This document shows, in pieces, positions 25,326-33,920 of a DNA stretch of 34,847 nt. A program made the translations under genes and the position numbers. A model generated the notes under the pieces. It was not told the DNA's origin. It did no database searches and was given only the letters and a program-made list of their open reading frames with translations. Position 1 is the first letter of the stretch; every line of letters starts with the position of its first letter. The DNA is taken from positions 1 through 34,847 of the forward strand of contig JAYVHQ010000020.1 in NCBI GenBank assembly GCA_043771035.1, written 5' to 3'. The stretch comes from Candidatus Kaiserbacteria bacterium. Its GTDB lineage: Bacteria > Patescibacteriota > Minisyncoccia > Phycocordibacterales > UBA918.

Positions 25326-25946
25326 GTGTTTGGTTTTCTTAAAACCAAAGTACATCGCACACGTCATTACGTCAGCGTAATGGCGTTTGCCGTTGTGCTC
25401 GTGCTACTGGCTTGTCTAGCTTGGTATTACAACACCGTAACCATAGTCTGGGAGGCAGATACTGCATCAGTCGATACTGTAGCAGTAAGTCAGTTTGTGC
25501 GCTCTAATCCCATAAGGCTAGAAATCCCCGCCCTCAACCTAGACACTTCATTTGTGTTGCCGCTCGGGCTGATGCCTGATCAAACCGTCTCGGTACCTGA
25601 TAGTTATGATCAAGTTGGTTGGTACGAGGGTGGTGCGACACCGGGTGAAATTGGCCCAGCTGTGATTTTAGGTCACGTTGACTCAGCTGATGGCCCAGCC
25701 GTATTTTATCCGCTCGGGCAACTAAAAGTGGGGGAAGAAATAAAAATCACGCGCGCGGACGGTACAACTGCGGTCTTTGTTGTCAAAAAACTCAAACGCT
25801 ACCCCCAATCAAATTTCCCCACCCTCGATGTCTATGGCCCCACTGATACCCCGACACTCCGTCTTGTTACCTGTTCTGGTTTGTTTAATAAAGCAAAACA
25901 GCAATATAGCCATAATTTAGTAGTGTTCGCTGAGCTCAAGGAGTAA
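25326..25946 (+). CDS. class F sortase
   Basis: LEIP, VGWY, PGEIGPAVILGHVD, GPAVF, LRLVTC, NLVVFA. Confidence 0.9.
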   Translation: MFGFLKTKVHRTRHYVSVMAFAVVLVLLACLAWYYNTVTIVWEADTASVDTVAVSQFVRSNPIRLEIPALNLDTSFVLPLGLMPDQTVSVPDSYDQVGWYEGGATPGEIGPAVILGHVDSADGPAVFYPLGQLKVGEEIKITRADGTTAVFVVKKLKRYPQSNFPTLDVYGPTDTPTLRLVTCSGLFNKAKQQYSHNLVVFAELKE

Positions 25947-26069
25947 GTAACGCTGTTTATATTACAGCATATAAACACAAAATGTCAAGATTGCATAGTG
26001 AGGAATTAAGCGTATTCTACTCACATATATGGAGGTAACTTTCATGCATTGTTTTTGCATTTTGGCCCC

Positions 26070-26103
26070 AAAAGCCCGCGCGTAATTTTCGTGCGGTTTT
26101 TTT
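26070..26103 (+). terminator. probable intrinsic terminator
   Basis: CCGCGCG-taatttt-CGTGCGG followed by T7. Confidence 0.55.
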
Positions 26104-26194
26104 GTATCTTCATAATTAGTAATAAAGTAAGTAATCAAGCGGCTAAATGACAACGATGTAGAGAAAGTAGAAGTTTTAGCATTATTATTAGCAG

Positions 26195-26224
26195 TTAATA
26201 ACAATTAATAACAATTAATAACAA
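26195..26224. repeat. 3 x 10-bp tandem repeat TTAATAACAA
   Basis: Exact triple, ending 4 nt before ATG 26229. Confidence 0.85.
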
Positions 26225-26228
26225 ATTT

Positions 26229-29200
26229 ATGACATTATTTACCATGCAGAACCAGATTGCCGTTAAAGCACTAGCTCTTTTAACAATGTTGATGATGGTC
26301 TTCAGTCTGCTACCGTCTTCTGTGTTTGCGCAGTCAGAAGGAGAGACTCCTGTTGAACAACAAGTTCCTGATTCAGTACCAACTAATGATGAAATAGTTG
26401 GCGGCGATGAAGAAGGTATCAGTGGAGATGAAAATGTTGAATCATTTAGTCGACAGCCGAAACCCCCAAAGGAAGAGGAAGATGACAATGACGAGTCTAA
26501 AGTGACAATTTGTCACGCAACAGAAAGTGAAACAAATCCTTATACTCAAAATGAGGTATCTAAATGGTCAATTTTGAAACCAATAAATGGACACAATGGA
26601 CATGATGACGATATCATTCCACCTTTTGAACGTATACTTTTTCCTAACTATACAGGTAAGAACTGGGATGATGAAGGACAAGCTATTTGGAATAATGATT
26701 GTGCAATTCCTGAACCTGAAATCCCCGCTGTACCTGTATGTGATCTTGGTAGTGAAACTGTAGCTGATACAACTTTTGATACATTCAGCCTTGGTAATGT
26801 AAATGGACAAAATGGTTGGAGTTCAACTGGTTCATTTGACCAAGAAGTGGTTACTAACACGTATGGATATACAACATTTGGTTGTAAATCACTCCGTATT
26901 TCAAATGCTGTGACTAGCAGTAGTTTTGGCGACCAAACCTTTGCAGCTTCACTTACAAATTCTGTTGGTGAAACTATTGCTACGAACGGAGTATTTCCAG
27001 TAGGTACTCGCTTCAATCGTTACGAAGCCCAGTTTGATATTGCGTCAACTAAGCAGACACAACAATCAGGTCTTCGGATGACAGTTTCTCCTGACCGTGG
27101 CGATGGTTCACGAATGAGTTTCTTGGCTTTTCAAGATACTGCTTCAGGAATTGATATTGTATTTAACGAAGTACTAGGAACTGGTCCGGTTTCTTTCGTG
27201 CCAACTACTATCGCTACTATTAATCGAAATCCACACACTATTAAATTAGTGGTAAATACTAACGAAGGAGCAAGTAACGACGTTGTTGAAGTGTACGTGG
27301 ATGGTGTTCTTAAACATACCGGAACATCATGGGAAAACTACTACCGTTTCGATGCTGAAGCATCAGCAGAACAGACACCGCGTCTTATAAAGACCCTTTT
27401 GTTCCGATCTTCAAATACAGCTGCACCAGCAACTGACGGAGAAGGATTTCTCTTTGACAATATGTCACTCAAAGCATTAAACCAGCCAAAAGCCAAAGAA
27501 GTAACAGTCGTAGCAACAAAAATTGTTTGTACTGATGAGGCTGAGCTACCCAATTTTGGCGCTAGTGGACCAGCAATGACAGCGACCACAGCTAGTGACT
27601 GGGTGACAGCACATAAGAGTTGTTCATTTGCCAAAGACTGGCAGTTCCAATACGCTGACCAAACTGGTATTGATACCGCTGGTAACTTTACTGGTACAGC
27701 TGCTGGTTACACAACTTTTACCAATTCTACTGACGTAAATGGCGTCACAACTCAAGTTATTCCACTTGGAAAAGGGGTGTCAGAGCTCCATCTTCGAGAA
27801 GTATTACAGGCAGGCTACATTCCATTTAGTAAAGATGGCGCTAATAATGTCAGTGCCGAATTCTACTGTGCTGATGACGTACTAAACTATGATAACTGGG
27901 ACTTTATCCGTAATCCAGAATCAGGCGAAACATATTACTGTGTTGCTTGGAACGTAAAGAAGCCACAAGAAACAGTCAAGGTACATATTTACAAATACCT
28001 ACAAGTTGGTACTACTTCAGCTCAAGTACCGAATGACTCGACTGCTCCAAGTTTCCCAATGATTTCTTCATGGTCAGCCACTAATATTGGTACTGGCTCA
28101 GGATCATATGTGTTAGGAAACAATGAAGGCGGAACTGTACTAGAATATGCGGCTGATACTTCAGCCATGTCAGTTCCAGCAGACTACACAACGAGCGAAG
28201 TAACTGGTGGCGATAGTGTCGTGTTGCCAGCTGATGTAAAGTGTATCCTCGGTAAGTACCGATTAGTCGGCTACAAACAAGGTGACTCAATCGGCGCTGC
28301 CGAAAGTGCAACACTTACAGCAACTGCACCCGTGTACACCGACATTACAACAGACAAATACGTGATTGTAGTAAATGAAAAGTGTGGAGATAATCCAAAA
28401 CCAGTGTGTGAAATTGGACAAAACTTAATGTTAAACGGTAGTTTTGAAAACACTCCGGCAGTGACCGCTAACGGTGGACAATGGCAGATCTTTGCTGGAG
28501 GTATCCTCAACTGGCTTGCTACTCTATCAAGTGGTCTAGAAGTCTGGAATACCTTTAATGGTACAGGCAACGACGTTGCTTCAGATGGTCTACAAAATGT
28601 AGAGCTAGATGGTGATGATGCTACGAATATTGCACAAGATGTAGCGACAATTCCTGGTGCGACGTATGAACTTAAGTTCGACTACTCAGCTCGCGCAGCC
28701 ACTGCCCTCGCTGATAGTAAAATGGACGCAATGATTAACGGTGTGTCTGCCTTGACGGTCAATACTGACGGTAGTGCTGCTACTCAGAATATGTGGGAAC
28801 CAAAAACGGTAAGCTTTGTTGCTACGGGAACCTCAACTAAAATTAGTTTTGAGGACAAAGGTGCTGCTAATCTAGATGGTGGCTTTGGTCCACTGCTTGA
28901 TAACGTATCACTATGTCTTACTAAAGAACCAGTACCAGAGCCAGTGTGTACACTTACTATCAAGTCAGACGTGATGGACTATGTAGTAGAAAAGAACGCA
29001 ATGGCACAAGCCCTATCAACTATTAACGGAGCCTGGGTGACTGCGTTTGGTACATCTACAGCAGCGTGGATCTGGGGTGATAACCCAGTTGTGAATCCAA
29101 CAGTAGCTGAAACTCAGACATTCAAAAAAGGTTTTAACTGGACGGGGGGAGCTGTTACTAGTGCGACTCTAAAACTATCGTCTGATAATACTCACAAAGT

Positions 29201-31253
29201 TACTCTGGGAGCCTTTGGAGTAACTGACAGTGGTGAATTCAACTATGGACCGGCTGATATTAGTACCTACAACGTAGCTACTGGAATCACAGCGGGTGCT
29301 AACATGCTCGAAATCGCGGTGGGCAACATTCCAATGCCAGGTAGTACGGCTGCTGAGAACCCAGCTGGACTGATGTATGAACTGACAATTACTGGAACGG
29401 GTAAGTCTTGTGGAACGGTTGTACCAGAAGTGCCAAAGACAACTGGTACGGTAACAATGTGTAAGGTGGACGAAGATAAAAATCCACTTTCAGGTTGGAC
29501 ACTAACACTGCTCGGAAATGAAGTTGAGAAAGTGATTGTGCCAGCAACTAATGCTGGCGGTGCTAATACGGTGGCCACTCTTAGTGGTGGAAAATCATAC
29601 GTCGCTAAAGCGTCAGGTACTTGGAAAAATGATCGTAGTCCTTACCCAATCAATATGGTTGATGCCGAGTATTCGACAGAAAATACCTGGACTTCCCATA
29701 TGGATGGATTTGGCTCAGATACTGAAATCCTAGAACTATCAATCAACAATGTGCTTAATGGACTACCAAGTTGGGGTGCGTACAACTCTGACCATAGCTA
29801 TGCACAAATGTTTACTCAAGCTACTGGTACAGCCAACTTCCGAATCGCTGATAGTTACTACGGGGATAACTCAGGTTCACTCAAAGTAGCAGTCTACGAA
29901 GGATATGCGGGAATTACAGGTAAAAATGGTTGTGTAACGTTCACTGATGTGCCATTTGGCACGTACGGGGCTGGTGAAATTGTGCAGAACGGTTGGTCGT
30001 ACGTCTCTGGCGCAGGTTCAACAGTTGTCAATCACCTTAATACCCCAAAGACAATTACGATTGTAAATGAGGAAGATGAAGATGAAGATGGTGATAATGA
30101 TGACACATATATCCTAGATGGATACAAATTTGAATGTTTCCTTGATGGTGAAGTATACTGTGATGATGATGGTCTAGCAGGTTGGAAAATTAAAGCTGTC
30201 AATGGGTCAACAACACTCTCTACTACAACTAATGCCAGTGGGTATTACTCATTTGAAGTTGGAGAAGGTGATTGGACTGTGAGTGAAGTTATGAAGCCGG
30301 ACTGGGAACAAGTAGATATTGATGTTTATGGTGGAGAAGTAGATGGTGAAACTTGTGTATTTGAAGTTGATGAAGATACTATTTGGGAACAAGCAGTAAA
30401 ATTCGTTAAGAAATCAAAATACAGTAATTACCAATGTAACTTTGGTAATTACGAAGACGAAGATGGTGATAATGAACCACGTACTTACACCGTTACTGGT
30501 TTCAAATGGAACGATGTAGATGGTGACGGAGAAAAGGATGCTGAAGAAGGTAAGCTCGCTAATTGGTTAATTACAGCTACGCAGGGCACAACTAGTGTTG
30601 CTACTACAACTAATGCCAGTGGTAACTACACACTTATCCTGCCTTATGACGAAGGTACCTGGGTAGTGTCAGAAACATTGCAGGGTGGATGGGCTCAAAC
30701 TGGTCGCTACCAAAATGGTACAAAAGTAACGCTTGGTGGTGAGGTTTCCAACAACTGTTCGTTTAACTTGGGAATCATTGCACCGACAGCCACTTGTGAT
30801 TTTGGTAATAAACAAAATACAGTTGTGATTGCTGATCCAGAAACACCAACTCCAACTAACCGTGGTGGAAATGGCGGATCAAGTACTCGTGTTAAAAAAG
30901 ATGCACCGGTCGGATTGGTTCTTGGTGCAGCTACTGGTACCCCAGCCTGTGGGATGTACCTCCAAGACTACATGCGAATGGGTAATGCTGCGAGTTCAAC
31001 GCAAGTTACCAAACTGCAAGTATTCCTCAACGCAGTAGGTATCACAGCCCCGCTCACGGGAGTGTTTGATGCCGCTACGGACGCTGCAGTCCGGGCTTTC
31101 CAGATGCAATACAAGCCAGAAGTTCTTACTCCGTGGTACCTAGCCAAGCTAGTCCCCCACGAGAATTCAACTGGTTGGGTATACCAACTCACACGATGGA
31201 AAATCAATAACATTGTGTGTCCAGGTAGTGAAGCGTATCCAGTTTTGAATTAA
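26229..31253 (+). CDS. large secreted multidomain adhesin-like protein with a C-terminal peptidoglycan-binding domain
   Basis: Signal peptide; KVTICHAT motif; DUF642-like; WIWGD/NPAGL domain; three SdrD-B/Cna-B-like domains; VTKLQVFLN..TGVFDAATDAAVRAFQ. Confidence 0.85.
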   Translation: MTLFTMQNQIAVKALALLTMLMMVFSLLPSSVFAQSEGETPVEQQVPDSVPTNDEIVGGDEEGISGDENVESFSRQPKPPKEEEDDNDESKVTICHATESETNPYTQNEVSKWSILKPINGHNGHDDDIIPPFERILFPNYTGKNWDDEGQAIWNNDCAIPEPEIPAVPVCDLGSETVADTTFDTFSLGNVNGQNGWSSTGSFDQEVVTNTYGYTTFGCKSLRISNAVTSSSFGDQTFAASLTNSVGETIATNGVFPVGTRFNRYEAQFDIASTKQTQQSGLRMTVSPDRGDGSRMSFLAFQDTASGIDIVFNEVLGTGPVSFVPTTIATINRNPHTIKLVVNTNEGASNDVVEVYVDGVLKHTGTSWENYYRFDAEASAEQTPRLIKTLLFRSSNTAAPATDGEGFLFDNMSLKALNQPKAKEVTVVATKIVCTDEAELPNFGASGPAMTATTASDWVTAHKSCSFAKDWQFQYADQTGIDTAGNFTGTAAGYTTFTNSTDVNGVTTQVIPLGKGVSELHLREVLQAGYIPFSKDGANNVSAEFYCADDVLNYDNWDFIRNPESGETYYCVAWNVKKPQETVKVHIYKYLQVGTTSAQVPNDSTAPSFPMISSWSATNIGTGSGSYVLGNNEGGTVLEYAADTSAMSVPADYTTSEVTGGDSVVLPADVKCILGKYRLVGYKQGDSIGAAESATLTATAPVYTDITTDKYVIVVNEKCGDNPKPVCEIGQNLMLNGSFENTPAVTANGGQWQIFAGGILNWLATLSSGLEVWNTFNGTGNDVASDGLQNVELDGDDATNIAQDVATIPGATYELKFDYSARAATALADSKMDAMINGVSALTVNTDGSAATQNMWEPKTVSFVATGTSTKISFEDKGAANLDGGFGPLLDNVSLCLTKEPVPEPVCTLTIKSDVMDYVVEKNAMAQALSTINGAWVTAFGTSTAAWIWGDNPVVNPTVAETQTFKKGFNWTGGAVTSATLKLSSDNTHKVTLGAFGVTDSGEFNYGPADISTYNVATGITAGANMLEIAVGNIPMPGSTAAENPAGLMYELTITGTGKSCGTVVPEVPKTTGTVTMCKVDEDKNPLSGWTLTLLGNEVEKVIVPATNAGGANTVATLSGGKSYVAKASGTWKNDRSPYPINMVDAEYSTENTWTSHMDGFGSDTEILELSINNVLNGLPSWGAYNSDHSYAQMFTQATGTANFRIADSYYGDNSGSLKVAVYEGYAGITGKNGCVTFTDVPFGTYGAGEIVQNGWSYVSGAGSTVVNHLNTPKTITIVNEEDEDEDGDNDDTYILDGYKFECFLDGEVYCDDDGLAGWKIKAVNGSTTLSTTTNASGYYSFEVGEGDWTVSEVMKPDWEQVDIDVYGGEVDGETCVFEVDEDTIWEQAVKFVKKSKYSNYQCNFGNYEDEDGDNEPRTYTVTGFKWNDVDGDGEKDAEEGKLANWLITATQGTTSVATTTNASGNYTLILPYDEGTWVVSETLQGGWAQTGRYQNGTKVTLGGEVSNNCSFNLGIIAPTATCDFGNKQNTVVIADPETPTPTNRGGNGGSSTRVKKDAPVGLVLGAATGTPACGMYLQDYMRMGNAASSTQVTKLQVFLNAVGITAPLTGVFDAATDAAVRAFQMQYKPEVLTPWYLAKLVPHENSTGWVYQLTRWKINNIVCPGSEAYPVLN

Positions 31254-31281
31254 GGTATTGAACAGAGAACGGAACGTGACG

Positions 31282-31311
31282 TGGATTGCTTCATTGTGAT
31301 TCGCAAAGACA
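31282..31311 (-). repeat. CGTC-type REP-like repeat
   Basis: TGGATTGCTTC...TTCGCAAAGACA. Confidence 0.6.
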
Positions 31312-31342
31312 CAAAGAAGTGAAGATGGAATAAAGAAAAAGC

Positions 31343-31368
31343 AAAAAGCTCCCGTCAGGGAGCTTTTT
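31343..31368 (+). terminator. intrinsic terminator
   Basis: AAAAAGCTCCC-gtca-GGGAGCTTTTT. Confidence 0.8.
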
Positions 31369-31408
31369 GGTTGGTAGGGAAAATCATTCATAAATACGAG
31401 ACCTTAGC

Positions 31409-31440
31409 TGGATTGCGTCAGTTGCGACTTCGCAAAGACG
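31409..31440 (-). repeat. CGTC-type REP-like repeat
   Basis: TGGATTGCGTC...TTCGCAAAGACG. Confidence 0.6.
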
Positions 31441-31613
31441 CGGGTCGGATTGATTGGGGATGAATTAATTTTATTTTAGACCATCGTTATGGTAATTGTA
31501 CAAGTAAAATAGTGTAAATATTTGCTCGTAGTACGGCAATAGAGTGTAGGGAACGTGTCAGTCTCATTCGCACTGACGTCCTTACAATTTATTGGTTTAA
31601 GTTATTACAAAAT

Positions 31614-32621
31614 ATGACAATGACACAAAAAGTTAGAAGGAATGTGGTAGTAGGGGCGAGTTTATTAGCAGCACTCTTTATCGGTGTATTATCAACCTAC
31701 GCGGCTGCTCCAGACTGGGATGTGGATGGTACGTATACGGTAGCGTTTGAGTATCAAGGCGCCGATTATGTACATGATGTCACCTTAGCTCAAAGTAATA
31801 CCGGAACTGTTACGGGTAATGGTGGTAGTCCGGTTGGCGCCAACGTATATACCTGGATGATCACCGCCGGATCTGTCTCAGGGGATGTGATTGACTTTAC
31901 CGCCAATTACACCGCTACCGCTGATGCAGTCATACCTCTGACGACGATGCACGTCATTGGTACGGTTGCCTCAACTGGAGTAATGTCAGGAACCTGGTCA
32001 GATAATTACCAAGGAGGTATCCGTACCGGTACTTGGAAAACTACCAGTGGACTAGCAGACGAACTGGAGGGGACTCTAGTCGCTGAAGACTTCGGTGTCG
32101 TTAATTACGATACTGGATTGGGAATTATTAAGGGATATACCGCTGGTTTTGGATTGACGAGCTCTACCTTTGCGGGAGCGCAATCAGTGGTAGTCAAGTT
32201 GTATTCGGGCGCGACTCTCTTGCAAACTAACACCGCAATTTTACCAAAGTTCAATGCCGATATTACGGGTACTCAGTTTTCATCACCGTTTGATGTTTCT
32301 GGCACCTTTAATTACGCAACAGATGGTTACTGGACTAATGTCCGGGCGGCACAGTACGGACAAAGTGTCCCCGCAACGCGCGTGGTCGCTACGGTCACAC
32401 TAGCTAGCGGACAAGTAGTAACAGCTGAGAATAACCTCCTGACGGGTGATCCAACTACTATTTATCCAATAGTGGTCGTGCCACCAGTTGTTACTGCTCC
32501 AACTACAAAAATGCAGTGTAAGGAGAATGGTTGGAAGACATTTACCAATCCAACATTCAAAAACCAAGGTCAGTGTGTGAGTCATGTTGTTCACCTGACT
32601 AAAGGTAACAGTAAAAAATAA
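31614..32621 (+). CDS. secreted beta-rich hypothetical protein
   Basis: Signal peptide; Thr/Gly-rich; C-terminal CKENGW..FKNQGQCVS module. Confidence 0.8.
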   Translation: MTMTQKVRRNVVVGASLLAALFIGVLSTYAAAPDWDVDGTYTVAFEYQGADYVHDVTLAQSNTGTVTGNGGSPVGANVYTWMITAGSVSGDVIDFTANYTATADAVIPLTTMHVIGTVASTGVMSGTWSDNYQGGIRTGTWKTTSGLADELEGTLVAEDFGVVNYDTGLGIIKGYTAGFGLTSSTFAGAQSVVVKLYSGATLLQTNTAILPKFNADITGTQFSSPFDVSGTFNYATDGYWTNVRAAQYGQSVPATRVVATVTLASGQVVTAENNLLTGDPTTIYPIVVVPPVVTAPTTKMQCKENGWKTFTNPTFKNQGQCVSHVVHLTKGNSKK

Positions 32622-32637
32622 AATTAAAATAAGAAAA

Positions 32638-32667
32638 TGCAAAAGCTCCCGCAAGGGAGCTTTTGCA
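32638..32667 (+). terminator. intrinsic terminator
   Basis: TGCAAAAGCTCCC-gcaa-GGGAGCTTTTGCA. Confidence 0.8.
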
Positions 32668-32720
32668 ATATGTATAAACTGCATAATGTAAAGTGGGAGG
32701 ATATAAACATAGCCTGATTG

Positions 32721-32765
32721 TTACATACTGAACCGTCCGGAATTTCCGGACGGTTCAGTATGTAA
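32721..32765. repeat. 45-bp perfect inverted repeat (22-bp arms)
   Basis: TTACATACTGAACCGTCCGGAA-t-TTCCGGACGGTTCAGTATGTAA. Confidence 0.9.
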
Positions 32766-32902
32766 AATCTGTTTACAGGTTGAAAATATTGCACACGGAA
32801 TATGGAAAAGTACACGCAAGAAAGGACGTTGTTTGCTGTGTCATTACGCTGCTCCACTCCTTACATAGAGGAAACCATCAGCACGCTCTCTCAGAGCGCT
32901 TT

Positions 32903-33529
32903 TTATTGGTTGAAGGTTTTTACTTGCTCGATTAAGAAAGATTTTATAACTTCAATGTCAACGGGATTGATTTTGTAAAGGATTTCTTCTGGTGTTATAT
33001 CGTCAAAATAAACTAATGATTTTAGGGCAAGGCTGGGATCGAGGGTGGGTAGTTTTACTCGTAAGCTATCAATGAGTGTCTGCAAGGATACTTCGTTTAA
33101 AATAAAGTACAGATCAACGTAATCTTTATAGGCGGTACGGCTGGTGATAGCACTTAATTTCATACATCCAATATCAACAATGCTGGCAAGGTCGAAAAAA
33201 TCAGTAGAAATTACTGGTTCAATAAGCTGGTATTTATATGTCATGAAACTTAGTCTGATGACATCATCGACTACTATCTCGAGAGTGTTTAGTTCATCTT
33301 GGAGGCGTAAAATGTTGTGTCCAAAAAATTGTTGTTCAATTTTGCTGAAAAGTGAAGTTGTATCAAAAGAATCCAGGCAGAAGAAATCAAAATCGATACT
33401 ATCGCGGTGTCCAATTTGTAGAGCTAGCGCTGTACCACCCGCCAAATAAAAACCCAATTCACGGAATGGTAAGAGTTTGGGTAAAACATTAATTCGTTGA
33501 TCGTCCAAAATTCCGTAGTGAATATTCAT
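32903..33529 (-). CDS. AbiEii-family nucleotidyltransferase (type IV TA toxin-like)
   Basis: YLAGGTALAL..GHRDSIDFDF, MKL.AI..R, KDYVDLY. Confidence 0.85.
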   Translation of the reverse strand: MNIHYGILDDQRINVLPKLLPFRELGFYLAGGTALALQIGHRDSIDFDFFCLDSFDTTSLFSKIEQQFFGHNILRLQDELNTLEIVVDDVIRLSFMTYKYQLIEPVISTDFFDLASIVDIGCMKLSAITSRTAYKDYVDLYFILNEVSLQTLIDSLRVKLPTLDPSLALKSLVYFDDITPEEILYKINPVDIEVIKSFLIEQVKTFNQ

Positions 33530-33533
33530 ACTG

Positions 33534-33806
33534 TTAGGAAAATCTGCCCATTCGCTTAGGTTTAATGCCGAGCATGAGTGACCAATAATTTAGGGATTTT
33601 TTAGTCCACTCTCCAGTACTGGATCCTTCAAAAACTTCAGCTATATCTGACTGGCTATAATTGGTTTTTAGCCACGTAATTGCATCTAAAGAACCGTGAT
33701 TGAGTGTTTGTTTAATAATGCGATTTTTATCACGTACTAAATCTAGTTTCTCTGTGTCGTAGGACCAAAGCGATGCTTTAACTGCAGTTGGGAGTGAAGA
33801 AATCAT
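33534..33806 (-). CDS. small partner protein (DUF6922-like), putative antitoxin
   Basis: LWSYD..KLD....IIKQTLNHG; lies 4 nt upstream of the AbiEii gene; start ATG 33806 preceded by TGGTATAAT. Confidence 0.7.
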   Translation of the reverse strand: MISSLPTAVKASLWSYDTEKLDLVRDKNRIIKQTLNHGSLDAITWLKTNYSQSDIAEVFEGSSTGEWTKKSLNYWSLMLGIKPKRMGRFS

Positions 33807-33920
33807 TTCTATATTATACCACAAATTTGATAAACGTGCTGGCAATTTCCACCGAGATAGCTGGAGCTTCTGATAAAATTTGCTTTTGCCCCGATATAGT
33901 TTGCTATAATAACCGTAACT

